A program made the position numbers and the translations under genes. Positions 30,450 through 46,202 of a DNA stretch of 64,000 nucleotides are shown piece after piece (the first letter of the stretch is position 1; the number at the start of each line of letters is the position of its first letter). Source of the stretch: Tubiluchus corallicola (lineage: Eukaryota > Animalia > Priapulida); the NCBI GenBank assembly GCA_030141605.1, contig JAQGDQ010002370.1:771167-835166 (forward strand), in the 5' to 3' direction. The notes under the pieces were generated by a model. The model did no database searches. It was given only the letters and a program-made list of their open reading frames with translations, and had not been told where the DNA came from.

Positions 30450-31230
30450 ATAGCTCACGGGATAGGTAGAACTAGGCGGGACACGGCAGTAACGGCGTCT
30501 GACCTCTGGTGAAGGGCCAGGGGCAGCGGGCGCTTTTCGTTTTTCTATAACTCCAAATCTCCTCCTAGGGCTACCAGTTTTTCCAAAATGTTTTCACAAG
30601 TATTTAGGCACTGTGTAGTAGATGTGCACCTGAGGTTTTAAAACCTGGAATTCGTTAAGGACCCGAAATAAAAACTAAAGTCAGAAAATTGGGTCATGTC
30701 TGTAACTCCGTAAACGTGAGAACTAGAATCACGAAACTTGCAGGGCAGATAAGATACTCAGAGAATGGTATGGGAAAGCTGACCTCTAGGTCAAGGGTCA
30801 CAGTGACCGTGGCCAAAGTGTGAAAAATAGGCCAAATAACTCAGCTTCTATTATAGTGTTGGACTGGGAATCTATATTTTTGCATGAACGTGTAGTCAAG
30901 TAAGGGTAGATGTGCACAAAAAATTTATCAGAGTGGGCGTGGCTAGGTCACGTGAAATGGAAAAAGTGCTAAAATAGGTTTTTGTCAATAACTGAAAATG
31001 TAAACAAGGTGAAGTCCCGGACTTGCATGGCAGGTTGGGCACGAAATACTGAACAATGACCTCGGCTGAAAGGGTCAATGACAATAGGCATTATGTCAAT
31101 TTTTCGTAGGCTCTGTCTCTTCTTACAGTTTTTGAGCTAGAACAACAATTTTTGGTACGTGACTAAATGGCCCCAAATTTTTATGCTTGGTAGAAGCGAG
31201 AAAAAACGAGAAGGAAGTTCGTTGTTTAGT
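30450..31230. repeat. Probable interspersed repeat, unclassified
   Basis: Higher-GC island with GACCTCTAGGTCAAGGGTCA, repeated GTAGATGTGCAC and AAACTTGCA/GACTTGCA motifs typical of invertebrate non-autonomous elements; no second copy in the window. Confidence 0.4.
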
Positions 31231-31405
31231 TCTTATTTTGAAACATATGTATGTGTATTTTGATGAGAAATAAAACGAATAACTACTAAAAGAGAAAAGA
31301 AGACGGAAAAGTGGGAGAATTTGAATTTGAATTTAAACTTTTATTTCAGAATTTCTTTCATATAAAACGGTAGTTAAAAGGAGGTAGGAAGAAAGAGTCA
31401 GAAAC

Positions 31406-31520
<115 letters not shown>

Positions 31521-34500
31521 GGAAAAAGGGAAACATAGCTGGAATTACAATGAAAGGATTGAAATCGACGGAACAAGTTAAGTCTTTGAGAATCAAACTA
31601 AGATAAAAAATTTAAAATATATTCAATGGAATTTATTTTAATACTCTGCTAAGGTGTTTATAGTTGTGGCACGTCTATATTCGCCTCTAGGGCAGTATAG
31701 TGAGTATACTATGGGCAAGAACTGAAGGGAACGGACAAACACAAAAACATGCAAATGAAAATAGCAAACTGATAAGAGAAAGAGAAAAATGAAATGTTTA
31801 ACTGTTTGATTGTGCTTTACTTGAATCACGTGTGACTGCGGCAGAATATAGATAAGGTATAATCAGATTTCGTGATCCTACAGTCATCCTCCACGTCATT
31901 TCAAAAAATTCTGCAAGACTTTGGATCATCAGCGGAAGTATCTTTAAATTTTTCACGCTGGAGAGAATGTAGTAAGCAATATTGACGCAGAACCGAAGCA
32001 ATAGATTTTCCTTGGGAACTTTTAGGCTGCAAACAACGATTCACTGAAAGTAATGATACGTGTATAATTTCATGATATATCACGGTAGCCATATTTAAGT
32101 TACAGATGAAAAGTGAAAAAGACCCGACCGCAAGGGCATTAAATCAAGACAAATGTTTTGTAGCCACATCTAGTTTCTTTGATGTACAAAAATTTTCTTC
32201 TGCAACAAACACTGTGACGCATTTAAAAATTTTTTAACTGCAGTCACAGCCCGTGCAGGAAGCTAGTTGAATTAAGTGTTGCTCCCTCGGTGATATAATA
32301 ATTCCTCCTTATTTTCCTTATTTGCAGGAACAAGCTTATTTTTCTTGTTTAAAAACAGTAATGCGATAAGTTTTCCGAAGTAATTTCTAAATATATCTTT
32401 CCAAAGTGCATAATTTTATCTTTAAGCAAAATCATTTGCGGGATATAATAATAGCCGAATTTCTTCGAGTCACTTAAAGACTGAAACCGTGCGACCGAAT
32501 TTTTATGATTGCTGTTGAACGTACTTCTTCAAAACGCTTGTTGTACATTTTAAACAAGAAGTAAAAAAGCTGCTATGGGTCTGTGAAGCCATGGGTACCT
32601 AGAAATTTTGGACGTATAAGTTAGTTTTTCAACATCTGTTTTCGCAAGTTTGTTGCCACGCAGAAAACGCTTGTAATTTTTGTAATTTGTGCAAAATCCT
32701 ACTTGATTATAGTCTAAGGCTTATAAGCCTCGAGGTAATTTTTAGGCCAGAAGTCGAACCACTGATCCACATATCCCTATAGCTAATCCATAAACCGCCA
32801 TTTACACCATACACAAAGTCTAGGACCTACTTGGGCTAAATGACTCTAGGGTTGTTGTCCACCCTTTTTTGCTATTTATAAGCAATAATCAAGAATTCAA
32901 ATCACACAGCAAGTAGTTTGGTCAGTAGCAACACCTGACATACCTGCCTGTTCAAGTATTTTTCCTTGCGGACCAGAGAGCGGGCTATTTTTAAAACTCA
33001 ACGATAACTAGCGCCTTACAGGTAGCGTGTAATGTAGACACAGGAATGGGATACATGGTTTTTTGCACAGTGACCGCTGTTTATTGTGTTTAAGAGATAT
33101 GCTAGTTATTCCTTAGCGAAATCTGCCTGATATAGGTTTTCAAAGTGATCGTTGTTTACTTTTAAAATGGCATCTCCTCAAAAGAAGTACAAAGCTGTCT
33201 GCTCTGTGAATCTTTGCGATACATTATAGCACAACATATCCTGTAACATCAACGATCTATAACTGTAAGCTAAGAAACTAAGCTGCATGCAGTTCTAGGT
33301 ATATACAAGCCTGAAGTTTCTGGTGATAAGCGTGGAAATATTTGTTCAAGCTGAAATAAGCTTTTTAAGCACTTCTCTTCTAAAATTCTTTATGATACAC
33401 ACCATGTTGATGTCAAATTAGTTTTGTATGCATGTAACTGTTATGAGTATTTTATGCAAATTTTCAACCATTCGAAACTGATTCATTTAAAGAGTTCTAT
33501 GTATCAAGACATGCATAAAGACAGCGATCTACATAACTCTGATCCATCAATTGTCATAAACTTGTATCTCTTCTTTCGCATTCTCTAAGGCAAGTATCGT
33601 AAATGGAAACACGACTGTCATTTCTTAATGGGATATGTAAGCCGCAATGCATGTATCATGAAGGCTGTCTAACAAATTTTCCTGAAACTTGTCAAAGACC
33701 ATTATAGAAACAACCCAGTGAAATCTGAGTCAAGAGAATACGGAAATAGCCGAAAATGACTTACCAATTATGGCGTAAGCTATTTAGTTTTTAAAAAACA
33801 TTTCTCCACTCTCCTCAGGAGTAGGTATCCTTAGTGGTTTTTAAAATTAAAATTAAAACACGATATTCAATACTAAAGAACGATACAAAATGCAATACAC
33901 AAATTCAATACAAATATAATTGAAAAACAATATTGTCAAAACTGTATATGATATAGTTTACAATTTTTTTTTAAAAATCCTTTTACTTCATTTGAATACG
34001 GCATGAAGGCAACATTCAAGAGAGCATGAAGCAATAGTTAAATACAATATGAAATATTTAAAGCGAAGAATACAGTAAATATGATCAGTGAAATTGTCTG
34101 AAAAATTTTGTTAAAACAGGACTTTAAGTTTTGAAATGTTTATTCGTGTACTGTACCGACCAAATAACAAATCACCAAGCTAGTAAGTAAAAGTTGTCAG
34201 TTGTCGCCTCATGCTGTGCTACTGAGTGATATCTTCAAACTGTATTCTTTTGTAAAAAAATTTGTAATGATAACTGTAGACTAGTATCATTATGTTAACA
34301 CAACATCTGATTTTATTATTATATATTATATAATTATTATAATTTATATTATATCATTTATTATTGTAATATTGTAAAATTATTATATATTATTATATTG
34401 CACTTTAGTCTCAATTTTAGATATTCACTGCCCTGGAAAAATGTTTGAAAAAAATTAATATTTAATAAACAATGCCTGCGTTCATCAATAATTTAATGTT

Positions 34501-37500
34501 TATTTAATAGAAGAAACCATGCAGCTAAGTTCCGCAGTTAAGCTATGTAATGTTATTACCGGTCTCAATGGGGATTTTGAACAATGACAGTGAGCATCTT
34601 AATGGCTATGAAATCCTATGTTGCAAAAATGACTGGATCTCAAGAGTGGTCTTGAGCATTTCATTATGGATGCAAAGACCACTATGACGAGAAGAAGCTT
34701 CCGAAAGCCGCCAAAGCCGAAACTGCAAGTATATGAACACATCAAAGCAAGAAAACTTCCACTGTTACGTGAAGTAATTCAACTTATGCAATTCATTTCA
34801 CGATAGCAGGTTCCTTTTAAAAGAAGATACGTGAATTGGCAAAAGGCAAAAGGCTTATGCTAATTTTCTTTCTGAACTACAACTGAAGACCCGTCAAAAT
34901 AACAAATGTTGGAAGGAATAATAGTTAAGCTTTTCCTGGATGACAAACGTGCTAGAACTTCTTACTTGAAGTTCCAGTAATATTGTAACGAACGGACAAA
35001 ACTTACTTAGTTCATAAGAATGTTTATTAATATATTTACCTTTGGCAAAATAGTAAATTAACGCTTGGACTGTAAAATAATTACAACCATGCGGTTGAGT
35101 GTAAACGAGAATCAATAAAAGTATATAGTATTGGCAACTCCATTGAACAACACTTTTTTGCAGGTATTTTGATGCTGATCCTTTGACATTACATAGTCTT
35201 GCGTTTACCTTCACTGTTTGGTATTTACTTCGTTTTTGTCTACATGTTTTTTTCAAATCTCGTAAATAATTAAGCGTTGTATGTGATGTCAAATAAAATA
35301 AGACTAGGAAGTAGGCACTATGTGTAACTTTCGAAAATTCATATCAGTAATGAACTTCAGTTCATTGACAACCCTTTTCTGGCATCCACCGTCTATATTG
35401 ATGAATCTTTTTTACCACTTCGGACTTCCCTAATAGTTTGTAACTAACATTCTTATAACATGTCAAGTTAGAAGATGCTCCATAACTGCTTGTTCCTTCT
35501 GTGCTTTTCTTGCTTCTTTTTGCTTGTCGAATAAGTATTGTCCGAAACGTTTTTCCGATAAGACAATTATTGTGTATGTACAAAGTTAAATTTAGATTTA
35601 TTCTACTATAATTTCTTAAGGCTAAACCAGCCTGGTGCGTAAAATGCTAGGAACAGGTTTTTCCGCCGTAGAGGCTATCTTTATGTAGGTCCTCTAAAGT
35701 ACTGTGCACAGCTTAACTAGATACTAATAATTATTATCGTAAAATTTGTGACGTCTAACCTTTGTTTCGTATTATTAATGTCATTCAGTATGTACGTCTA
35801 ACCTTGTAACTTTATTGTAAATAAGTATTTGCATCATGATGTTTTAATCAATTACTTTAGTTTATCTCTAGCTAGGAACTACAGTAAAGATCAACAAATA
35901 CTAATTTCTAATAATATGCTTTTCGAGAACTTCCTTTATACACAAAAAGCTTTAGTCTAATCACATTAAAATCCCACATTTCGAGAGCAAACAAAGAAAC
36001 GCAAGAAAAATAATTTTTAAGTTAACGACACTTGTATTTATAATTTTTGAGTTGCTTGTCACAAAACCTTACAAGTCGCCTATTATTAGGCACCAACAAC
36101 TTTAAACACAGTCTGCTTAGTTGAAATAGACTAAGAGTTAAGCAGCTATAAAAGATCAAACTAGAGAGACACAAGGAATAACCAGAGCGGTGCATAGTAC
36201 TTTCCTACTATACACTGCTCTGGGAAAACTTGTTAAGGGCGCCCCCATGTTATGGGAAACTGAACAAGGAAATTGACTCTTATGACTTTTATACTTTTCT
36301 TGCATATAGTGGAGTTAACCATTATGTAAATAAAGGTACTCATAAGCTTCAAAAGAATTTCGATCCATCGCTGTAACAGTCCCTACACCTCAATTTGTGC
36401 ATTCTTTCTTCATTCTGATTTTCTGATGCAGTAATTATAACGTTTTAAAATTTGTGCGAAGTAAATTACAAGCGAAATCCTAGCTAATCTAACGCATGGC
36501 ATTTTATGAACTAATCAATCATTGCGACATAATTTTCTTAAAATTTGAATTTTCGGTTAAATAACTTTACGCGGATGACTTGGGTAATTTTAACGCATGC
36601 GTAATCCTGTCTCTCATAATATGGTAACGCAGGATAAATTAATTCCGGAAAAGAAATAAATACAAATGTACAGTTTCTAGTAGATTTTTTGATGTTTCGT
36701 GCATGCGCAATACTGTGTTGTGACACAGCAGTTTAACGGTTACAGTGATTCATAAATTGATTTGGAAATTCCGTTATTAATGTAACACCAAAACTTGACA
36801 CGTAAGTGAAGCACCTTTGCGACATCATAAATAATTATCGTAGTGCATTTAGTTAACAACCCTATAATAGCAGTGTATATAGTTACATAATTGGTAACAA
36901 ATGTGAAGGTACCTAACATTATAGCGATTGCAAATTTCCAGTATTCTATCTCATATCAGTGTATTTGTGACTTCAATTAGGGGTTCAAATTAGGGCAAGT
37001 GACATTATATACAAAAAATAGTCAATATCCATTTGCTACCAATAGCAGGATAGGAAAAAGCTCACTGACTGCATGTTAACTACCAAAAAGAGAAAACGTA
37101 ACAAGACTGTCCCAGTCCTAGTTCATTTTAGTTTCAGTTTAAAATTTTAAGACCTGCAATCAAATTAGGTATAATTCTAAATTAACACAAAAATACCAAA
37201 ATCTGCGATAATAATGACCTGCTGAATATCTTTCAAAAGAACTCCAACTCGTTCTGAAACACTCAAAAATTTAAGCTTTTTATTGGATCGATGTTGTTTG
37301 ATTAGGTTTAATTAAAATTCGCTTGACATTAATTTATGCAAATATATGCGTTCATTATTTAATATCAAAAATGCGTGTCATAAATTGCGCATAATTGATA
37401 ACCCCATTTCTTTGTTATTAACTTCCTGCTAATTATTTTCAGTCGTACGCTGTTATATGAACTCTATTCGTAATCAAGCGGATTTAGGCCTACAATAGTT

Positions 37501-37533
37501 TACGTTGGCTTATATTATAAACTATCTGAACCC

Positions 37534-39180
37534 GGTCGCGCCACAAGGGAAAACATGTCAAAGGACCACAGGTCAAAGGTCCATTAGACAAAGGTTCACC
37601 GGTCATAGGATCAAAGTGGACAAAGGACCACCAGTTAAACAGCCTTCAGAAAAAGGAACACTAGTCAATGTTTCAATTGAAAAGACAAAGGATCATTGGT
37701 CAAAGAACCACCAAATAAAAATTAGCAGATCACATAAATGTCAACCGAAAAACCATTTGAGATATAGATATACATTTTGCTTTGTGTTGAAATAATAATT
37801 ATTTGCAGAGGTTAAACTCACCATCAGGATAAATAACGAAGTTCTGCATTATTTATTTCTCATGACTCACCTTCTACTCACGATGCCAAAAATGCTGGAT
37901 TGAATAATTCAATTGTGCTACAATTAGAAAATAAATTATTATGTTTTAAAGAACGAAAATTAACAAAAAACGAAAAACATAAGAAAATTAAATTTGTAGA
38001 GATTTCTAAAATGTATAAAAAGTTTAAGTTTAGCTTTATTATGTTTAATAAAACAGATTGGAGACAGTATTTTGTATTTACAAATTGACATTGGTTAGTT
38101 TTAATAAATGTTTAATAAAAAGCTATTTCTTGCTACAGTGCCTAACTTCACTAGACATTTAACTGGAAAATATTCATTTAAAAATAGTATGTGTTTTTGT
38201 GACTTGGAGCTGGGGTGTGTCTAAGCTAACAACGTTTACATTTCATGTATAACTCATAACAACTAATTTCAGTTTTATTGTTAACTAATCTTTCTTTGCT
38301 AATAACTTCAGATAAAATGCAGCACTTCGCAGGAGCCAAGGGGTTATCGCAAGAAGAAAGAAGTCGGTAGTATACAGCAAAGTTTGTTTTTATAAGAATG
38401 GTACGCTTTCATGGAGTTTAGATTATAGATGGTACGCTTTCATCGATGATAGACACTAATTAATATCAGGCAGAAGTAACATGCGCCATACCTTTCTTGC
38501 AATGATATACTTTTCTTGTAACGATCGTCAAACATTAAAACATTTCCCAGTGGCGACAAATGAAATGACTTGACTGTCTTGTTTTTAGAAATCTGAAACG
38601 CGCGCAGCAATAATTATTCACGAGTGATAGTTTAAAAAAATAATCAAACCTGTGACAAGCTGGCGACGATAATTAGGCCACCACCTTCTGTTAAAAAACG
38701 ATGTTTTCATATTAGAAACTCCAAAAAAATCTTCATCTTCAAGCCTACTTCATGAAAACAACTTTGCGTTAACATTTTTAAAGCATATAGTTCTCTAACC
38801 TGTTGTCAGTCTTGTGAATTTCTTAGCTTTTTTATCTTTTAGTCTTGTGTTCAGCTGGGTGTTTTAACTTTTCTTACCATACCACGTACATTGTTAACGT
38901 ACGAAATAAATTTTAAATGAAAATAAAACAAGATAAAAATATTTTATCAATCATTATTATTATCGGCTAAAATTATCATCTACATTTTATTAAGTAAGAC
39001 ATTAACGTAAGTATATGTTGTAACTTCGTTCAAGCTGCTGTCAGCACAAACACTAGCGGTCCTCAGTCCATTTTCCTGACACGTTGACCTTTGACCATTT
39101 TTAAAATGCTGAAGCTGGGTCTTTAACTGGTTGTCCTTTAACTAGTGGTTCTTTGTCCAGTGGTCTTTTCACCATCAACC
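37534..39180. mobile_element. Non-autonomous element, family 2 (CAAAGGACCAC subterminal arrays)
   Basis: Left array of (GT/GA)CAAAGGACCAC 37555-37715; inverted GTGGTCTTT array 39055-39180 ending GGTCTTTTCACCATCAACC. Confidence 0.65.
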
Positions 39181-40639
39181 GTTATTTTGGACGCCACTTT
39201 GGCCTGAAATACTGGTCTTTATCTGGATAGTGTGGGACGTCAATATTCGAACTCGGGGCCTTCTAAAATTTTTAAAAACACATTTGACATTATATATAGC
39301 AGAATACCCTAAACGTGATATTTTGGACGACATTTTGGTCGCCATATGGAGGGACAACGACCTAATTTTACGTTAACCTTGCCAGGACTGTGGTGATTCT
39401 TAGCGTACAGAATAAGGACACACAAACGCCCGCGCACACGCATTCATCTTCGATTCTCATATTTATATGTATATAGATTGACAGCTAGTGTTAACGCAAT
39501 AATCAGTGTATTAGTGGACTTCTAATAGGTACATCTTCTGGAGATAAATTGAAATTGAAAGCGACGTCAATTAGAGTCAAGAACCTTATACTGTATATGC
39601 ATAATTTTATTGAAGCTTTTCTCAGTCAATGTGATGTAAATCACCCACACACAAGCTGTTACTTCGCTTGCTTACATTATTAGCAGCTTTATGCTTCAGC
39701 ACACAAGAAGCTCTTGGTGGCTTCTTTATGTTCCTTATATTACGTTTTTTGTCTCAACGGATGATGACTGTTATTACCATTATCCGACTCGTAGTAGCCA
39801 TAGTTTTTCATCAATACAGAATAGCTGCACAATCAGAACGCCAGGGTTACATAATGTACCTAATTCTACAACATTTCATACTGCACGTACATCGCCTTTT
39901 TCTTTGTGTGTGAAACATAAATTATTTTATTCTTATCAAACTACGTCAGTAATTAAAAATATGTTAGGCTGTAATGTAAAAAATGCAAGTTACAACATGT
40001 GAAGCATGATAATTACATGTTAGTAATATATACTGAATTAAATATTGATGTTAAATTAGTAATAATAGTTACAATCATTTGATGAAAAAATATAATTTAT
40101 ACAGGTCTTAGACAGTTTGAAACAATGTAACATTTCGGTCGTGGCTTAGTCGAGAGGATCCGAAAAGAAATGTTGAAATGTTCAGCTGAATGGTCAAGTT
40201 ATTTACGTTAAACCGGAAAATATTTTATTGTAATAGCTTGTTTAATTTTTTCCCAAGGTTCATTCCACTAACTATATATAAGAGACACTCGAGCAAGGAA
40301 TGTTGTACAGTTTCTCTCGAAGACCCGAAAGTACAATTTGGCTTAACTACGCTCCCAGTTCTGATGCTGCATCGGTGACTGCTGAGTGCTGAGATCGTGA
40401 TTTCATTGAGAAAAGCCGACTCATTAACTATTGTTTTGAAAACGAGTTAAGACAAGGTCGTTTTCTTAAAATTTATCTACATACAGTTACATATTTTTGG
40501 CAGATTCTAGAGGATTTACGATAACATTGCATAAATTTTGTATCAGATTATATACTTTCTAGCTGTCTTGCACTATGACTATTACAATGATTCTGCTTTA
40601 ACATTGTTTGTGCAGAGTACTATGCAGTAAGCAAAATCG

Positions 40640-41692
40640 AATGTACGTAAAAATGACACAAGAAAAGACGGCACAGGTAAAACTGGCACAGGAAAAATGG
40701 CACAAATGAAAAAGTAGGAAAAATGGCACATATGTTATTTTCATGCGATTGATTTCCATACTAAAACTTCAATGTTCTCAGTAGGAAGCAGATCTCTGCC
40801 AAAGCAGAACAATCCTTATCTAATTAACCTGATTATTTTCATTCAAAAAATTTAACACAGAGATAAACAAGCAAACATACAAAAATGTACATAAATTGGT
40901 ATTATATTGACTATCAAAAGACTCACAAAATATTTGTTCACTAAATGGATTTATAAAAAAATAGTGCACGAATGTTCCACTTAGGGATTTTATCTACCTT
41001 TTCCTCCATTAATTATGGCGGCGGTAATAGACTGACAAATATATACTTACTAAGTCACCTTATAATGTTGACGCATTAATAAGCAAAGATTATAGACAGC
41101 GTTACACAGCTTACAAGCGAAATTTTCTCGAAGTGGAACCTTGAACTAACTCGTAGTTGTGTGTCCTCGTGGAACTAGTAAAAAACAAGTACTAAACACT
41201 CCCTCTGAGACCGTGAAGTGCTTCACGAAAGTTTTTTGTGCGTGCAGTTCGGTCAAGTTTTGCGAAAAAAGAACCGACAAAAAGATTCCCATTTTGGCAC
41301 CCTACAACCTGCCTTTCTTCACAAAGTCTCTTGGAAATATGTTAGATAGTTTTTGCCATAACAGCGAAAATACAGCCAAACAAACAAACAAGCTATGTTG
41401 AAGCATAACTTTCTTGGCAGATGTAAAAATATCTAAAATAATTATCCTCTACTGTAACCTTAACCCTAAGCATATCTTACTAAGTGACACATTTTTGTCT
41501 ATGCCATTTTACCTGTTTCATTTTACTATGCCATTTTTTCTGTTCCATTTTTGCCTGTGCCATTTTACCTACTTTTCCATTTGTGACATTTTTCTTGCGC
41601 CATATAATTTTTCCTGTGCCATTTTTACCTATTTTTCAATTTGCGCCATGTTTACTTGGACCATTTTTACCTTCATTCCGTTTTTGTACATG
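40640..41692. mobile_element. Family 1 element, copy 2
   Basis: Same arrays and collinear interior as 20866-21726 (AGTAGGAAGCAGAT, TAATAGACTGACAAATATA, CTAAACACTCCCTCTGA, CCCATTTTGGCACCC). Confidence 0.85.
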
Positions 41693-41799
41693 TCCTAATA
41701 AGCCTGACAATTCATGTTAATAGACTGCCTAATAAGAGTTGATAGACTGAGTCATCATTTAATTTGAATTCAGAGCTTCGATTGGTTAGACTCTTGTCA

Positions 41800-42880
41800 A
41801 TGATTAGATAATTGTACAGATGTTTGAAAATGATTTTTTGAAAACGAGATTCAGAAAAATGTCCACTTTTCAGTGATTTATTAAGGATTATGACAAGTAC
41901 TGGTTATTAAATTTGAAATTTTAATAAATGGGACTAAAATGCAATTAGATATCTTTTTCAATGCAAAGTTGCTAAGACCATCAGGCCCTGCTGCTATGGC
42001 TGTCACGCTAGCTTTTGTAGTGGAGGTCAATTGCTGCTTGATTCTACATTTAATGTTGACTGTTCCGAAAAGTAGCTGTTCAAGATATTGACGTCAATTG
42101 TAATTATATTAATCCCTTCTAATAATGGCGGCACACTGGCGCGCATAAACTGATTTAGGTATTTTCCACTCTGCTTTACTTGAGGTGTTCGGATAAGCGA
42201 GTTTTTTATACGTACTCGTTTCTCGCGATGTTATACAATTGTCTAGTTTCATCATTTGATCTTTGCTTAAATTTATGCAATTTCCGATTTTTTACCCGGC
42301 GGAGTCTTGTACATTTGGAATTCTTACAAAGTTTGTCTCTATGGTTATATGCAATGATGAGATATGACTATCTAATAATGATTGCGACTTTTCACTAAAA
42401 TGTGTGCATATGTGGTCTATGTCAGAAACTGAAATTATTTCATCCCAGTCAGTGTTTGTAATTGCCTGGTTCAAGCTGGGCCAATGTGAAAATTCATATC
42501 TACATATTTTTCTTTGAAAATCACTTTCAACTGTAAGTTGCAGAAAATAGGGTAGTGGTCACAATTACTGATAAGATTTGAAGTGTAACACTCAGTAAAT
42601 AATTCCACGGAATCAGTAATGGTGTTATACGAGTGAGTTCATTTAACATTTGGCTAAAGTAGAAACACATTGATAAAGTTTGTTATCAACGCCGTCGTCT
42701 TTGTTGTTGAGTCAACGCTACATCTACTATTAAAATCACAACTAAGAATAAATACTTGTTTCTTTGAAAGCTTTGAAAGTGAGTTTACAATGTTATAGTA
42801 GCTTTTTTGTAGAGCATTACGACAGACAATGCACGCGTAATTATACTTATTAATTTTGCCCAAAGTATACGTTGTCATAT
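41800..42880 (-). mobile_element. CR1/L2/Jockey-type LINE fragment (endonuclease end, linker, RT start)
   Basis: Minus strand reads ILSCDFNSR, TNTDWDEIISVSDIDHICTHF and AAGPDGLSNFALK in the expected order; many stops. Confidence 0.8.
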
Positions 42881-45719
42881 CTAATATTATCGTTGCTACT
42901 GTCGCGATTAAAAAGATTCAACGTTCTCAACATTCTTTTTCCTTTGCCATTTTGAAAATTAACAGCATCAAAACATCAAATAAACACATAATCACGGCCG
43001 CCATCATATGAAAGACAGCGTCACCATCAATCAGCAGCAGCTGTTGAGATTCTATAGATGATCACTATGTGTGAAATTTAAAATTACAGATTTTAAAGGA
43101 TATTGGATTTGACACAAGTGTTTTAGTCAGCGATAAGTGTTTGCAACCAGCATAGCAATGGAAAAATCGTAGGTAGTAAGCTGTAATCTATTTCACGTTA
43201 GATCAAACTACAGTGCTTTTGGGAGAAGTTTGCATAGCTCTAATATAATAAAACCAGTAATCTTCTTGCTGCATTGCAGCAGCTTTTACTGCAAAAACTT
43301 TCATAAATTCTACAGAACTTATAACTAGTAGCTCTCTACAGTACAATACATTATTTTGAATATGACACAACATCTCGAATCTCTACTTTCCTGTTTATTC
43401 TTCAAAGTCTTTTAGCCTAACAAATGCAGAAGTAGCTGTTTTATCACTTTTTAATGCACTGGTTAAATTGTTTTTGGCTTAGTTAAACATGACAGTTTCG
43501 GCCATTTTTCGTTTTTGGAAAAAATATAAGCCTGTAAAACTTTAATATACCGAAATAAACACAACAACGGCAAAAATGAATCATTTCAGTGTGAAGAATC
43601 TGCTTTTCTAGAACAGTTGAAATAAACATGTCAAAAATTAACATTATACATGAATAAAATCAACTGAAAATACACTCTCACCTTAAGAAGGCAAATACAG
43701 AGTGACAATAAAACTGCTTCAGTGGAAAAAATAAACTGGTTGGCTGAGCAAACCGTCTTAACAGTGGTACCTTAGGTTTGATAATTAAACCGTGTCAGTG
43801 TGATACTAAAATTGATGAGTGAATTCCGTCAGAAACAAGGCAAATGGGTAACTCTGCGTAATGAACTGGTCAACCCCTGGGTATAGCTGATGTAACAAAA
43901 ATAAACAGAAATAAGTTAAACACATAGTTTGAATGTGAAAGAGTTGGCCAGGCAAGCAGAATAAACCGTTTTAATGTTAACAAGCTAGCTATTCTTATAT
44001 ACTATCGATAGCCTTATGTTTAACATAGAAAATAAAAATGATTCTGTTTTCAAAATTTTGCTGTTATACTTACAGAATCTAACATCCAAAGCAAAAAACG
44101 TGCAACAAGTTTTGATATTTTCTCATTCTGGGATTTAGTTTAAATTTACTTCGGAATTACATCACATAAAGACATATGAAGAAGAATTTCTACTTTGCTT
44201 CTCTTAGTTAAACGTAATTTTTCCAAAAATAAATGACATTTTACCAACTGACTAATGGGCTTATTTAATATGGAGTGATCCAGAAATAGCTTGTAAATAA
44301 ACTTGTTACCCTTCATCCTGGTAGTCTAAAGGTGTTTGCAAAAGAGATCCAGATCATCGTGTAAGCCGGTTTCTCCTATTTGCAACAGTTATGAATTTCC
44401 CTACAGGTCTGTTTTACAAATGCCTCTACCAGGCTAAGGAAGTTACAATGGAAAATAACGAGTTAGTTTGGAAGAACATTTTTTCTGGACGACCCTGTAT
44501 TTAGCGCGCAATGCGGTATATAACATTTGATTTTGCTCGAAAGTAAAGGTCTTGTTCTTGGATCGAGCATATTTATCACGTGCATGCTACTAATTAAGAC
44601 ACCCATGCAGAGAACATGCACCTGCTACTAACAATTATAATCCGTCAAAAGGGACACGTAATTCTCATAACGGCGCAGGAGTGATGTGTCACCATTATAC
44701 ATTGCAGGTAACGTTGTACGTTTTCTCAGGCACAGTTGTTTATAAACTAAACTTTAGACAAATGAAAATAAACATTCCGCTGAAATATTTTAGACAAGAT
44801 TTAGAATTTGAAATGATTTTCCCCATTTACGTTGTTCTGAGCCAAAAAGAAGCAGAAAATTGATATTTTTTGAAAGTCGAAGGGAAGATAAGAAGGGAGA
44901 GAGAGAGAGAGAGAGAGAGAAATAGAAAGAAAAAGAGATTGAGAGAGATTGGCGGAAAGGAAAGGGAAACGATGATTATTAAGCGATCATAATACATAAG
45001 AAAGAGAGTGGGTTAGAAAACGAGTTGAAAAAAGAGGCAGTAGAAAATACGTGGAATAGGAGCAAGAAGAAGAATATAAATGCGCTTTCCATTGGTATCT
45101 CATGGAAAGATGAGTCATAGTAACATCATACAAGCATTACTTACACGGCAGAGCAAACACAAAGTCACCTTTAATATTTATTTTGTTGGAGCGCTGCAGT
45201 TCCTAATGCACAGTTTAGAAATTAATTTGTTTTTCTGAACTCAAAAATTATGGTCTCTCGTCTTGAATGATCAACAGTATAAAATCTATGCTTAGCATAT
45301 ACATGTGGAATTCTTTACCAGGACGTTGCTTTCCTGAAATCTATAACTTCCTTGATTCAAACTGAACAGATATAATAAATAAACTTCGACGATCCAACGC
45401 ATTACAATACAACTAATTTCAAATATATTACAATACATGGCAAATAGATCGAAGAAACTACACAACAGAACCTGCACATAGGGTAGAATCGGCGTTCAAC
45501 ACAATAATAAAAAAACGGAACATCAGCAGAAATATTCTATCACTGCATAAAAGTCTATAATACTACATAAAAAACAGTATTTATGGCCTGGTGGTACTGA
45601 GAAATAAATAATACAGGACTTAGCTGTTTAACCACTGCAAATAATTATAAGTATCTTAGCACAAAACAAAACTTATCTCAAATGGTTTTTCATTTGACAT
45701 TTCCATGGTCTACTAATTT

Positions 45720-45888
45720 TTATTTGGTGGTACTTTGACCAGTGATCCTTTGTCTTTTCAGGTGAATCTTTGACCATTGGGCCTTAGTCTGGTGGTTCTT
45801 TGACTAGTGGTTCTTTATCCAAATGGTCATTTGACGGGTGGCCATTTGTCTGATGGTCCTTTGACTAGCGGTCTTTTCACCCACAACC
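45720..45888. mobile_element. Family 2 right-hand array (solo end)
   Basis: GTGGTTCTTTGAC-type array ending GGTCTTTTCACCCACAACC, as at 39160-39180. Confidence 0.6.
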
Positions 45889-46202
45889 TGATACCGCGAG
45901 CGTACCGTCGATTAACAGAAAGTAGGAAGTTTCACAAAGCGCATTAGAAAAGCTCATTCGTACTTTACTACAAATTATTTTACAAGCAATATTTTTATTA
46001 TGTTTACCTGCTTTGTTTTAATTAAAAATGGCTAATATTTAATAAATGGATTTTGCAGATTTTTAATTAAAAAGACGACTGTTCCTTTCTACACTTGCTG
46101 TGCCTAAGTACTGCTTTATTTGTTTTTGTAATCATTTTCCTTTTTGACTCGTCGTTGAAGTGTGAACTCAGCACCAAGCAAAGACATGCAGCAAGAATCA
46201 TT

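Noticed and set aside
32400-34760. Possible decayed hAT-like transposase (KKLPKAAKAET near 34700)
   Set aside because: Only one weak motif; no termini identified.
44480-44499. Tc1/mariner-like end GGACGACCCTG|TA
   Set aside because: No convincing matching left terminus or transposase remnant.
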